A stretch of 64,000 bases of DNA from Camelus dromedarius (taxonomy: Eukaryota). Shown here in pieces: positions 1 to 14,382 of this stretch. The notes beneath the pieces were generated by a model, which saw nothing but the letters and a program-made list of their open reading frames with translations, was not told the origin of the DNA and ran no database searches. Within the stretch, counting starts at the first letter, position 1. Each line of letters opens with the position of its first letter. The position numbers and the translations under genes were made by a program. The stretch is taken from positions 117,740,001-117,804,000 of the forward strand of contig NC_087437.1 of the NCBI RefSeq assembly GCF_036321535.1. Direction: 5' to 3'.

Positions 1-336
<336 letters not shown>

Positions 337-1304
337 TTATCGCAGTGGCGGGCACGCGCCTTCCCCGCCCTGTCCTTGCTGCCAGCGCTGCCCCCGGCCT
401 CCACCAGTCACGCCCTGAAATTACTCAGAGGGACACAGCCTTCATGCGGCGCCGACACTCTGTGGCCCTTTGGAAAAGGTTCTTTGCACCAAACTGCCAC
501 AGAGCACCAGGCAGAAATCGGGCCGAAAAACAGCAATTCACCCCAAGTTAAGTGTTATACACCCCCCGCCAGCACTGTGGCTCCAGAAGGGTCCCCGCAG
601 GAGCTGACCCCACACCCTGAAGCCAGGGACTGGGACCACGTGTGCTCCCTCCGTAGGGACTCTTCTAACTGCTCATCAAGAGGGTTAAGAAGCCAAACTG
701 GCCTTCCATGTGCATGTGACTTTCAGGGCCTCACTTCTCAGACATCTGAGCGGAGCTGAGGAGGCTCGGCGAGCTCCTCCTGTCACCTGGAGTGAACTCC
801 CCCGCGTCCTCGCCGCAGTGACATGCTGGAGTGTCAGAAACTCGGCGACAGCTAAAAATGCTGCATGATCTGGGGTGGGATCCACTCGTACTGTGCAAAG
901 ACGGGACGATCTGCTCTCCCTTCTGAGGCCCAGGACACACGGCAATTTGAGAAAACTCCCAACCACGTGTGAAACACCTCCGCGGGCGCCCTGGGCTTTG
1001 AAATGAGCCGCCTGCAGGGGAGGCAGAGGAGAGGGGGGCCCGGGGAACTGCCCCCCCCCGGGTCAAGTGGCTGTTGTGGAATGTCTGAGGGGGCAGCCTG
1101 GCCTGGTGTGTCCAGTCACTAAGAACCGGTGTGGGAGATGGGGTTCAGGAGACCGTCCTCCTCTATGGTTGGCTGTGGTGAGAGCCACCTCTGCGCACAT
1201 CTGGACAGTGACGAGGCTGCCTGACGGCGTCTCTCACTCTCCCTGGCTTCAGTGAAGCCACCTCGAGCCGGCATGTGACTGAGGTGCCAGCCCTGTTCTG
1301 GGCA

Positions 1305-1425
1305 CACACCTTAACTCATTTATCCCGCTCAACCATCCTCTGCTCTCCACAACCCATTCCTCTTATAGGTGAGGAAACTGAGGCAGAGAGAGGCTCCATT
1401 ATCTTGCCCAAGGTCACGGATCCCA
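1305..1425 (-). mobile_element. MIR SINE fragment
   Basis: MIR core 'ataggtgaggaaactgaggcagagag...cttgcccaaggtcac'. Confidence 0.75.
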
Positions 1426-1971
1426 GCACGGGCCATGGAGCCACAGGGCTGGCCACGTGTCCCCAGTCCACGATCTCAGCCATGTGCTGTTGTCGCCCGG
1501 TGGAACTGCCACCGGGGCCAGATGAAACAGGCTTCTGCTGGTCTGGCTTTCTCCTCCTGCTGTTTTTCGATTCCCTGGTCCTTCTAGCACAGGGCACATA
1601 AGCTCAGAGATGAACGGCCCCCTGTGTTGTGATTATGACGACTGTGTCTGTTTCGGCTTTTAGTCATCAAAAGGATCAGGGTTGACGTGGACACAGCAGA
1701 AAAGTCGAATTTAACGCAGTGGGTAGCCAAGGCTTGTCCTGTGAAGTCAGGGACCCCTGTGTGTGACGAGGGTTGGGAGGGGAGTGAAGAAATGGGTCCA
1801 AGAGAGATGAGTGAGCCACAGACTCAGCCCCAGACCCCGGCACCAGCCAAAGGTTCCCACCTGGAGCAGACAGGGGGCAAGTTCTGGGGGCAAGATGCTT
1901 TGCTGGGGGAAGAGAGCAGGGCAAGGGGGCAGCCCCCCAAAGATGTCTGTGGCCTAGTGTCTTCTGGGGGA

Positions 1972-1988
1972 GGCCAGCAGGTGGCAGA
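1972..1988 (+). promoter_or_regulatory. Candidate CTCF site
   Basis: GGCCAGCAGGTGGCAGA matches the CTCF core; motif match only. Confidence 0.45.
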
Positions 1989-2564
1989 CCTTTAGGGGCC
2001 ACCATTTGGAAGCCACAGCAGATGGTTTATAAAAATAAGAAGAATGAATAAATTTAGAAATCATACTATTTAAATTACAAAAAGTTTTTTTAACTTTGTA
2101 TTTTAAAACAATATCATTTTATGTGTTTATTTATACCCTCTCTTACTCTTAAATGGGTTTAAGGAAGAAATCAGAATAGGGGTAGAAATAACTTTTTTCC
2201 AAAGCCTGCCGCCACGGCAGCAGAATCCCCGGTTGGCACCTAAATGTTGCTTTGATTCAGAATCTGTCATTTTTGTCTTGAAGAAAGACAGAGAGGATGA
2301 AAAGTACCTCCAATTGCGATGGAAATGGTGAGTTTCTACAGTGTGCCCTCTTCCTAGCCATCTCTGACTCACTGCTTCTGTCAGGACTTAAAAATTATTT
2401 AATTTACAGATGATGCTAAGATACTCAGAAATTTCACCAACATCTTGTGTATGTAACCTGCCCTGTCAGATATCCTAACCGATTTTGTTTTATCTGATCA
2501 CATTAACAAAGTATTTCAGGCAACTGCTAATCACAGAGGTAGAATAATCTTTCCTTCCCAGCCT

Positions 2565-2566
<2 letters not shown>

Positions 2567-2619
<53 letters not shown>
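2567..2619. repeat. (GT)26 microsatellite
   Basis: uninterrupted GT run. Confidence 0.98.
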
Positions 2620-2620
<1 letters not shown>

Positions 2621-4761
2621 TGTTCTCAAGGCTAGTGGAGATAGTTCCTTACACAATCACTCTGTAGTCTGTGTCTGTGGGAATCTTGGGGCCACAGCCT
2701 GAGGAGTTTGTGCAAAGCATCCAGTCATGCCATGAAATTGCCTGCTCGTGTCATGTCACCTCTCAGAGGAAGCAGCAGACAGGGAGTGATTGTTCGTAAG
2801 CAGGTTTATGTTTTTTTATGTTTCTGAGGGTTTTTTCTTATCTTTCGGAGACGGAGCATAGAACTTCTACTTTAGGCCTTAAGCTCATCACTTTGACCTG
2901 AATACAGTGAGTACAAGTGTCTTTAGGAACTGTTTGCCTTTCCCAGCATTCTTTACTTAAAGACTTTTATATTTTTAAATATTCAAGTTTTTAAAGCTTT
3001 AAAAGTGTAAAGTTGACTGAACCGCGTTAACACATCCTCCATCGAAGAACTAAGGAGCTACGAGTGAAACGTGAAAATAAGATGAAGTCACCACTGGATT
3101 GTGGGAATATTTCCAACAAGAAGAAAAAAGGAGTGATTGTAGTGTAACGTGACCTTTAGGTGAGTACATTTCATCTCATTCAAAAGGAGGATTAGAAACC
3201 AGAACAAGTCTGCATGGTATCTCATGGTACTGTGTCAGTAAAACAGATAATTTGCAAATTTTCATTGCTTTATATTTTACATCAGTGGGGATTTTTAAAT
3301 CTCTCTTTTGGGAGGAGGAGGGGCAGTGAGTCACCCGCCTGACTCCGTCCCACCGTGGGCGGGCGGTGCGCTGCTTGGCTCGCGGTTCTGTTTTCCCTAC
3401 ATCCTTCCGCACATCCAACGGGGCGGACACTGCGTCCTCAGCATCCAGCATGCGCTTAGCATGGAGAAGATGCTCAGATAACATGTCTGCTCCGGGTCCA
3501 GCAGACGAATTAGAACGTCTCCCACTGGCGGTGCTGTGCAAAGTGCTGCATGCAAGAGGTCAGGTCCTCCGTGCGGAGAAGCACGTCTGGTTACAGGCAC
3601 AGACAGCTAAGCCTCGGACTCTGCTACTGACCTAGAAATTGAGCTGAATTTGCCAACGTGTCTTCCTGCCTGTATCCTGGCACCAAGAGTGGCACCCCTG
3701 CAGCCTCCGAGGTCCGCTGTGCTCTGTCTACCTGGATGGAGACAGCCACCTGACTGGCAGAGCAGGCCCACGTGGGCCTAGGCAGGGGTGGCAGTGCCCT
3801 TGGGGCCTGGGCTGTGCTGGCTCGGACTCAGAGGGCAGCTGCCCCAGGAGGGACGTGCAGTCGGGAGGCCTGGGAGAAGCCCCAGGCGGGGGATGTGGGG
3901 GGGGGGGCGGGAGGAGCTTGAAGGGGGCCAGGGGAAGGTGCCGGCTGCCTGAGAGTCTTGGGCCACCAGCAGAGAGCAGCCCTTGGCGGCCCTACCTTAC
4001 TGGGGCTGTAGTGCAGGTGGGCCCAGGGTGCTCCCGGAGGGGGGCTCCACCTGGCTCAGCAACGTCCACCCCCCAAAAGCAGAGACACGGAGATGTGTTC
4101 TCCCCAAGATGCTTCGAGCCCCAGTCTCTGCCCCTTGAGCTGACACTCTCTCATGCAAAGTCTTGTCCCCAAACAGGAGAGTTTTGTCCTACAGCTTGAA
4201 AAGAAAAACTGAACACAAAGAAACAGGAAGAATGAAGGGAGAGAGGAAGGACAAAAAGAAAAAGGAGGAGACAGACATGGCAGGTCTGGGGGGAAACGGC
4301 TCCTCACGGGGAGTCATAATACTCCTCTCACGGTCCTGGCTTCCTCCTCCCCACCCTGTCGTGGCTCAACTGCAGGAGCTTAAGCGTTGAGTCCTCCCGG
4401 GGAGCAGGAAGAGGTCAGCCTTTTAGGATACGCATCACGTAGAACCTTCTAGATACAGATCAAGGTTTCGGTGCTGCCTGCAGAGGCTTGACATAGATAC
4501 CCATAATTACGAAAACACATCTATTCCTGGATTCCCCAGTGCCAGCCCCTCCCATCCTTCAAATTGCTTTGAAGGTAGATGATGGTTTCAAGAGCTGTAC
4601 ACACTTGTTTAAATGTCAGATGAGAGGTAAGAACAGAGTGATGAGGGGGAGAAGGAAAGCATCCACGGATAAAGACGTGCCCATCCTGTGCTGAATCCCA
4701 CGGTGGGGGGCTGGGAGGGGGGCTCTGCAAATTCTATTGCTCATCCTTCGGGGCAAACTCA

Positions 4762-5004
<243 letters not shown>

Positions 5005-5953
5005 TTAGTCTCATATTTCAATGTGTAAGCAAAAGAAAAAACTTGCACTCAATTCTCAAAAGTAAGTGAGAAAAAAAAAAAAAAAGAGCACCGTTTCCCT
5101 ATGTAAGTATTATGGTCATTCGGTAAAGTGCGAGGAATCTGTGCTTCTGTCCGCACAGACCTCCTGTCTCTCCTTCCAGAAAAACTGCTTCACTTTTAAG
5201 GAGGTCGAGCTGGCCTTAAGGAGCTGCGAACATTTCTGATCTTACTGCATGAGGAAAGGGCACTGCTGGCCTGGTTTATGCCCCATGACTCTCGCAAACT
5301 TCTGTTTTAAGTTACATGTCCTTTACACAGCGCCCCCCCTTTGGCAGGTAAACTGAAAATCCAGCTACTGAAAGCACTACAAAGCAGACAGGCAGCCGCA
5401 CCTGCCGCCACCTCTCCAGCTGGCCCCCTCTCAATACTACAGCGTTCGTCAGAGGAGAGAGAGAAAACGGACCAGGAGAGAGGCTAGAGAATATCTGAGG
5501 TATTCTTCACGTCGAGTTTATGTAAACCGTAAACTCTGGCTGGGAGAGGGGGCGAAACAGTGACTGAGGCACAAACATCAGTGGAAAACTGGCATCAAAG
5601 CTAAAACCGAGTGGCGTATTTAACCACAGCTGCCAAGATCGTCAAGATGGAAAGAAAACCCTGGACTTCAGGTTTCTGGTTATCTAGGACGTCTTTCCCT
5701 GTAAAAATGGTCAGAAATTATAGATGCAAATCACCGCATGTGTTCTCAAGCTCAGGACCAAGTGACTAGTTGCACAAGAGGCAACTGGTTGACCTGCAAG
5801 CTTGCTGCCAGAAAATCTACCACTTACAGCTGCATCTGACCCAGTATCTGACCTCTGCACCTGAAGGACCGTGCTTCTGGGCTCTTTTCAAGCACCCTTG
5901 GGAATATGAGCTTTCAGGTTGCGTGTCACGGTGGAAGGATACGTTAATGACTG

Positions 5954-5971
5954 GGCCACTAGGGGGCGCTC
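5954..5971 (+). promoter_or_regulatory. Candidate CTCF site, near consensus
   Basis: GGCCACTAGGGGGCGCTC versus consensus GGCCASYAGRKGGCRSY. Confidence 0.65.
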
Positions 5972-6049
5972 GGTCACCGTGAGATTTGCTCCAGGAAGCC
6001 TACTCATGCCTGCTCTCTGGTCTTAGAACACTTGAAAGTAGAAAGCAAC

Positions 6050-6134
6050 AGGAGAGGAGAGGAGAGGAGAGGGAAGGAGGAGGGGGAGGGGAGGGAAAGG
6101 AAAAGAAAAAAAGGAGGGAGGGAGAAAGAAAGAA
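6050..6134. repeat. Polypurine (GA-rich) low-complexity tract
   Basis: ~85 nt of only A and G, including (GGAGA)4. Confidence 0.9.
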
Positions 6135-6423
6135 TCCTCCTTAACATAAATTTGTGAGAAATTCAAAAAGTTCTTAGAAAATCAGATTTCTACATTCTGG
6201 CCGGACTGCTGCAGTCACAGGGAGAGCCTTGGTTTCACTTGGGAAAAGCCCAGCCCTCATGCAGGAAATGACAGAGAAAGATGCTGAAAAGGGGGCGGAT
6301 TTGGCTTTGCAATCAAGATGTGTCCAGGATGAAACTGCCTGGGGTACTTTTTTGAAAGATGAGACTTCAGGTCCCTCCCCTGGGGCTTCTGCTTCAGCTC
6401 ATCAGAATCAAAACCTGGAAATC

Positions 6424-6642
6424 TTTTTTTTTTTTTTTGATTGAAGTATAGTCAGTTACAATGTGCCAGTTTCCGGTATACAGCATGGTGTTCCAGGCGT
6501 GCATATGTATATGCAGGCATTCGCTCCCACGTTCTTTTTCATTAAAGTTGTTGCAGAATGTCGAACGTGGCTCCCTGTGCTACACAGAAGATATTTTTTT
6601 TTTATCTATGTTTGTGTATGGTGGTTAACATTTGCAAATCTC
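6424..6642 (-). mobile_element. L1 3' terminal fragment (cetartiodactyl type), apparently inside a MER5-like remnant
   Basis: poly-T followed by 'gattgaagtatagtcagttacaatgtg...ctccctgtgctacacagaag'. Confidence 0.8.
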
Positions 6643-6756
6643 AATTTTGACAAGCAGTTAAGGTGCATCTGTACTAGAACAAGCAAAAACTGCCCTTAAA
6701 AGAGGAATTTTAGGATACTAACCCACTCCTGTATCTTGTTAAATTTTGTCATTTTA

Positions 6757-7218
<462 letters not shown>

Positions 7219-8124
7219 CTAAACAGACGCCAGTGGGGAAGCCAGGGCCCGCCCACCTCGTACAGAAACACAAATGAAACACAAATGAAGCAGGAGCAGC
7301 GAGGTGTCGCCCAGAGCCGGCTCCTGGCCGGACGCCCTCCCTGTACCTGCGTGGACGCGCCCAGCACCCCTCCAACCCCGTCCCACATCCTGTGACAGCG
7401 CGACCAAGACCCTCACTGACGCAGGGGGCCACACACCTGAGGGACAGGAGGGGAATCGGGCCCCAGAGCCTGCGCGCTCAGCCCCTCCGTCCTGCTGCTG
7501 GGGTGGCCGCCTCCCCACGCGGCGCGGAGGTTTCCAAAGACAGGCCGAGCTCGCAGCGCCTCCGCAGCCGCCAGCCATCCTCGCGGGGGCCCGGCTCCAC
7601 GCCTCCGCCCACAGCGTCTGCTGAGCTCTGCTCCGCCGGCCTGTCCCAGGCACTGGGGGACAGAAGGGATCTTTTGCTTTAAGGTCCCTGCCCTCGCAGA
7701 GCTTACACTCTAGTGGAATATCCCAGAATAAAGGTGTTTCCAGGTTGAAAGCCGGCTGTGAAGGGAGTCCCCAGGAAGGCAAACCTCTTTGATTCAGGTG
7801 AGTCATTCTGGAATAATTTTAGGTCGACTTTAGCTGAGCGAGCTGAGGCTGTATTTAGCGTCTCTCTGCCGAGGGTAAGGGGTCGCTGAGTGGAAGGCAG
7901 AACCGTTTTCACTGATAGGTTGGACTTTTTTAAGAATCCAGAATTTTTCAAGTCTGTTATGAGAGCAACATCGAAGCGATGCTCTAAAATAATAAAGGTG
8001 TTGTAGACTTTCAGGAAATCAGCAGGTGTATGTGTATGTGTATTATGTCTGTGTACATGCATGTGAGCATATATGTGTATACATGTGCACGTGCGTGTGT
8101 GTATTTCAGTGCAAACCGTGGATT

Positions 8125-8520
8125 AAGGTCTCTTAGGGCTCTGAAAAGCTTTCTCAGCCCTGAAAATGCTTACAATCCAGTTGGAAAGAGGAAATAAACA
8201 CGTGGGAAACTGTAGAGAAATCTGAAGCATCCAAGTGCATCCAAGTGTGTGTGACTGGACGGTGAAGACCAGCAGGCTTCCAAAAACTGGTGAAATGGGA
8301 GTGGCCTGGCGCAGGCAGAGAGGCCGGTCCAGGGACCCTGGAAGGGTGGCCAGGGCTCCAGGGGAGGCGAGGGGAGGCGAGGCTGCTGGGTGGGAGACAC
8401 AGAGTGGCCAGAATGGACTGAGTGTGCTGGACCAACAGCAGTGGGGACTGGCAGAACACAGACAAGGCGGACTGTTGGGGGCTGGTCCTGGATGCCCGGC
8501 CAGAAGAACACTGTGAGCGG
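8125..8520 (-). mobile_element. Degenerate L2 fragment
   Basis: 'gcttacaatccagttggaaagag' and purine-rich L2-like body. Confidence 0.45.
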
Positions 8521-9064
8521 ACAGCAGCATGAATGAGTCCAGCAGTCATTTGTGGACTGCTCACTACGCCAGCCTCCCGAGGGAATGAGATGTCTCCAGC
8601 TGTCTTTAGGCGTTGTCCGCGTTATACAAGAGCAGCCAAATTACATTTCTGTTTTTTCAAGCATGTTCCCTCACTTCTGGCCGTCTTGGATCCCACTTGC
8701 TCTTTTCAGCAACCCATCTAATCCATGCACTCACACGATGCTAATAGATGCCAGGGAGGTCGTCCTATAAACCGTCACTTCTGAAGTCAGGTTGGCGCAG
8801 TCAGACCTTGACGGAAGAGCTCATACCTTATGATGAGCTAACGTCTCTGCACCTGTTTCTGCATCGATGCACTGTAACTTTTCACTTTGCTTTCAAATTA
8901 GATTGAAAGAGTTCAGATTTTGAGAATTCCATTACCTGGAATTTGATTTATCTCAACCACTGAATTGCATTTGTATCATTTAATTAATTAACAAAATTAA
9001 TTTCCTTCCCAAAGTCACAGATAAGACAAATAGAAAACAAAGATATTTCTACCAGTTTGCATAG

Positions 9065-9290
9065 TTTTTTTTTAAATGAAGTGTAGTCAGTGTACAACGT
9101 TAGTTTCAAGTGTACAGCAGTGATTCAATTATACATATACACATATACATGTATATATTTTTCAGTCTCTTTTCCATTACGGCTCTTTACAAGAGATTGA
9201 ATACAGCTCCCTGTGCGATACAGTAGGTCCCTGTTGTTTATCTGTTTTATATATAGTAATGTGAACCTGTTAATACCAAACTCCTAATCT
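9065..9290 (-). mobile_element. L1 3' terminal fragment
   Basis: poly-T then 'gaagtgtagtcag...tccctgtgcgatacagtaggtccc...ccaaactcctaat', homologous to 60700-60840. Confidence 0.85.
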
Positions 9291-10104
9291 ACTGCTCTGA
9301 ATCTATAGTTTTTTACTGTTAAATACCATCATCCAAACATAACGGATTTTTTTAATTTTGAAAATTACTCTCATTTTTCAGTGGGCTCCCTGTGACAATT
9401 TAAGCCTCCCCTTATAAGATACCAAGTCAGGATCACAGAACAGGGCCACAGAGCCAGGTCAGGAAGGAGGTGAAGGGGGTGAAGGCAAAAGCCCACAAGA
9501 AACTGTTTACACATGGCACCCACTTTAGCTGAATCTTCTACAAGCAGTGGGACCTGCTTGCTGACTCCCACCTTCCGGGGCTTGGGGGGATTAATCGCGC
9601 CTGGGATCTGACTGCGCAGGTAGGTGGAGGAATCTTCTTTTGGCCCTTCTTCTCCCCGGGTGAACACACACTTTGACTAGGTTACATAGTTTAGAAACCA
9701 CAGGGGGTTTCGTTCTGCTCAGTTTAGATATTTTGTACAAAATACATAGAACATCTTTTACATTTTTCTTAGAACTAAATGTTAGTCCTACTAATTCTAG
9801 AGTGACACGAAGGTGATTTTTGTTTATTAAGTTTTCTGCCATATTTTGTGCATGTGGATTCAAGTTGAGAGCTGGCTCCTCTGCTCTCATAAGCGTGGTG
9901 GCCCGCCCATGAGGACGAGACCCAGGCAGGGTTTGGAGGGTCGGTTTCATCTCCCAGGCCCCGTCAGGGAAGAAACTAGCTTTGAAGGGCCAATTGGTTT
10001 GGACACTGTCGTCCACCTTTGTTTCCTGTTTAAAACAAGGGTTCCAGAGAGTCGTTTCACTTGCGCAGCCAGCCAGGGGGGGTACATGTGTTTACAGTAA
10101 GGAC

Positions 10105-10638
10105 CGCGGAAGGTGAACCTTTTGCTGGAGAATAAGTCCCTGTCTTACACAGGGAAGCATTTAAGAGCGAGGCACAGTAAAAGGAAGGTAAGTTTATTCA
10201 AGGAGACACGCACTCCACAGACAGAGCGTGGGCTGTCTCAACAGGCAAGAGGTGGCCCCAGCGCATGGGGTCAGCTAGGAAGTGGAGATCAGCCCCAGAG
10301 CACGGGGACGCCTCGTTCCTATGGGCTGCATGACTTCATATGCTGACAAGCAGGAGGATTATTCCAACTGTTTTGGGGAAGGGGGGGGGATCGCCAGGAT
10401 TTGGGCTGCCGCCTACTTTTTGGCCTTTCATGGCCAGGTTTGGAAATGTCATGGTGCCTGTGGGTGTGTCATGTAGCAGCTAATACCTTACAATGAACCT
10501 AAAATGCGACTCAAGTTCCTCTGGAAGTCAGATCCTCCACCGTCTCAGGCTGAGCTGGTTCTAACCAGTTTATGTCTTGTCCTCAATTGCTGTGTCATTC
10601 GTTTAATGCCTGTGCCCTGCCCCTTCCCTCCTGTCTCA
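10105..10638 (-). mobile_element. ERV1-class solo LTR
   Basis: begins TGAGACAGG on the minus strand at 10638, AATAAA on the minus strand near 10195; left boundary approximate. Confidence 0.65.
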
Positions 10639-13600
10639 GACCTAAAGACTTACAGCAAATCTCACCTGGCAACCAGACCTCTTCATACATGTTAAAGGAA
10701 GACTGGGAAAATAGTGATTAGAAAAAGAAAGAAAGAAACTAAAGTGAAGGAGGGCTCCCTTCACTCCACAGTCAAGAATTCAGCCATCTGAGTCCCTTCC
10801 CATGCAGGAAGACGTCCTTATTGACAGATCGCTTTGATATGTGAGTGCTCTGTTTTTACCTTTTCTCAAATTCCTTCAAATGCACTACAGTTCGAAGAGA
10901 AGGCCTTCCCTATTCACTGTTGTGTTTCTCATGGAAGGAGTCACTGTTTTCCATGTTGAATTTTACTCTTGCTTCCCTTCGCCTTTGCATCCAGTGATGA
11001 TCCTGACTCCTTTTCATCTGTCTCATTATCTGCCATCTGTGACTCTCTCTCCCCGCTTCCAGTCCTGACATTTTTTTCTCCTGTGGTCTCCCTAAACAGC
11101 CTTCTTTCATCCTTCCAGGAGCCCTTTCTCCAGCCTCCAAATCCCTCCCCACCCCCTGCTTCCTTTAAGCCACTGTCTCTTTTGGTCTCCATGACAACAG
11201 GAACCCCGTGTCAATTTATTTGTGCGGTTTGCAAGTGCCTGTATTTTTTGTGTCCACCCAAATCAGCCTGCAAGCTGCCCATGGCAGATTCTTCGCTCTT
11301 TACAGAGATGGTAAAAGCAGGGGTGAGCAAATGCTCACAGCACCCGTGTGGATGTGAGTGATTAGAACAGGCATCTCTTCTGCAGAAAACCACCAGCCAG
11401 GCCTTGTTTCCGGCACGCTCCCCTCCCCCTTCCCACTGCTGGCGAATGGACTTTGCTCAGTGTCAGGCTCCGTCTGCTGACCCGGGGAGCCCACGCCTCC
11501 CCGGCAGGACTCTGCACTCCAAGAACACTGCTTCACTCCGGCACGTTGACTGATTTGGTTGAACGATGATTTGAAACATTTCCTTTTAGATTTCTCCAGA
11601 TTCACTGCAAATGTAACCTGTTCTCATTTCCCTTTTATTACAGAGGTGGGGGGCTGTCTTTTTCATCTCTGTGTGCTTCCTCCAGCACCCCCTTCCATGC
11701 TCCCCGATATAAAGAGCATAAACTCAATAACTTGCTCAGGGAACGGATGCATTAAAGTGAACAGCCAGGAGCTGGTGCCTGTTCTATCCAAGGCATCGTG
11801 TGTAGGGGAGACCTACGGTGAATCCATGATTAGAGTCTGGTGCTTGCAGGGCGGAAGGTTTGCCCAGGGGACGATGGAAGGGAAAAGGGACGGCTTCCTT
11901 TTCCAAGTGGGGGCAGCACTATAGGAAACCAGTCAGTGTCCACAGCTGCGCTGAGAGATGACCTGGGAATGCAGAGCAGCCCGCAGTGACACTTTGGGGA
12001 GGTGTGTGTGGGGATCATCGGGGGCGGGGGGAAGGCAAGGGTGTAGGGAAACTGGGGAAAAGCTGGGCCCTGCCCAGACCTCCTGAAGCGGGAATACAGG
12101 CTGGCTGCGGGGGGGGGGGGGGGGAGCGGGCTGGGGGCTCGTGTTTCAACAAGCCCCCTGGGATTCTGGTACACGCTCAAGTCCAAGGACCGCTGTTATC
12201 ACTGGGAAGTCGTTAAAAGGTTTAGAATTGGCCTCACCTGGGATGGACTTTAGACAAAAAGCAATGTCTGCACATTCCCTGATTTTTTAGGTCACCAATA
12301 ACCCATGTATTTTCCTGGTGTCTTTGCAGAACAGAGGGAATGAGTGCGGACAGGGCTGGAGGCCCTCTGTGGTCCCAGGAGTCACACAGCAGCAGAGGGA
12401 CAGCTGCACAGAGGGGCTGGGGTGGAGGAGGGGACAGCTGCCTCGCTGGACAGAATACTGCTGTGCCCCACAGCCACCACGGGCAGCCTCTCTGGATGAA
12501 CGGACAGTGGGTTTTGAGGGAGAGAGGCCACAGAGAGGCGTCTGACATCCTTGCCTCAAAGCACATTTTCCTTCGGTCTCTCTCCTTTGAGTTGCATCAC
12601 ACTATGCACGTTGTCAACCTTGCAGCTCTTGTGCAAGCAATATGTGTCACCACATGGCTCCCCGTCAATGTTAGTGTCCACTGAGGGACGCATGAAGAAT
12701 GAGGAGGCCACATGTTAGGAAATCAAAAGTGGACACATGATCCGATAATGAGACATGTTTAGAACGAAGGAGCCTGAGAAGTCATGAGTAACCAAGTGTT
12801 GGAAGGTCTGCAGTGTCCCGAGGGGCCAAGAACGTGGACTTGGAGCTGACAGTCACCATGTTCTAGGCAAACTTGGTGGCCGAGGAGGAGATGGCAGCCA
12901 AGGGTGTTCCACCGGCTTGGAACACAAACGAGGACTTTCAGAAACAGGCTCGGAGAATGTTGTAGGATGAACTTGAGGTTAATGATTGCAAAACAGGGCT
13001 CCGTTTATTCAATTTCCAAACCAAGGGGGGCTCCCATTTCATTCACTCCCTCATTCATTCATCCATCCCACCAGCAGACTTTAGTCAAACAGCTACTCTG
13101 GGCCCTTCCTTGTTCTGAATCTTGCTGCCTTTTGCAAATCACACTCTCTGGTAACCACCTAGAGCACTTCGCGCCAGCCACGCCGGCTCGCCCATGACTT
13201 CTGCCAACGGCCTGACAGAGGGATTCCCAGCACACATGCAGACCGGGACTGGCTTCGTACATATCAGCTCCGAGGCCTCCGGGAGTTTCCCCCACTAACA
13301 TCAGACCTCTAGATGTCCTGACTCAGGGAGCTGGCGAGGAGAGGGGGGTGGCTGCTGCAACCCAGCGAAGCCAGGGGAGACGTCCAAGTAGACTTGGCCA
13401 GAAGGGTGGTGGCTCAGTGTCTCAGAGCCTGGGAGTGGGGTCAGTCAGAGAGACATGGCAGGGAGAGGGACTCTGCCCTGGGTTCAGACCAGGGAAAGAG
13501 CAGGAGAGAGTGAGGAGGGGGGCTATGGAAGTTTCCGTGGCCAACAAGGCAGGCAGCCAAGGCCCAGGCAGGAAAGAATCCACCTGGAGACTGTGAGGTT

Positions 13601-14043
13601 TGGGAGACTGGTCCAGCCTGCACCACCAAGCCTGCAGGTAATAGGGTTTAGAGGAAAAGCGGTTTTGATTTTGACGCCAAGAGACAGTGAGTACTAGACT
13701 GTGAGCATTAGGCTGGGGCCGCCATTTAGTAGCAGCTGAGTGATCCCAAAGGAGCTGGCTCCCCCCGTGCAACAGGCATCCAACCTGGAGTAGCTCCCCT
13801 GCAAGGAACAGGGGTCCCTGTGGATGGCAGAGTGGCCACGGAGGGCCAGAGGGACCCACCAGAAAGACACAGAGATCTGGGCGGGGGCACAGCTGACCCA
13901 GATCTGCTAAGCTTGTGCAGAAGGCAAGGAAGAGGTCGCTGGTGCTTTGAATCTCTGCCCAGGGGACCAGTGAAGAGGAAGCTACTGTGATGAGTTTCAG
14001 TTGTCTGTGGCTGCTTCTCCAGGTATCATCATGGTTTAGTAAA

Positions 14044-14382
14044 CACAGCTGACAAACTACGGTCCTGGGGCCAAGTCAGATAGTCCTTGTTTTTCTATGG
14101 CTCTTAATTAAAACTGTACTTTCTTTTTTTTACATTTTTAAACAACTGCAAAAAATCAAAAGAAGAATAGTTTGTGACACATGAAAATTATCTGAGCTTC
14201 AAATTTCCCTGGACCTGAGTACGCTGTACTGGAGCCCAGACGCTCCCACTTAAGCACGCACATGCCATGTCTGCTTCGGGGCTACAGCGGCAGAGGAGCA
14301 TGGCTGTGACAGAGACCTTTGGGCCCCGAAGTCTGGAGTATTTGCCCTCTGGCCCCTAACAGAGCCAGGGTGCAGACCCCTG
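14044..14382 (+). mobile_element. MER58B-like hAT-Charlie DNA transposon
   Basis: 'caaactacgg...aaaatcaaaagaagaata...gtgacagagacc...tggccc...gacccctg' follows the recalled MER58B consensus. Confidence 0.85.
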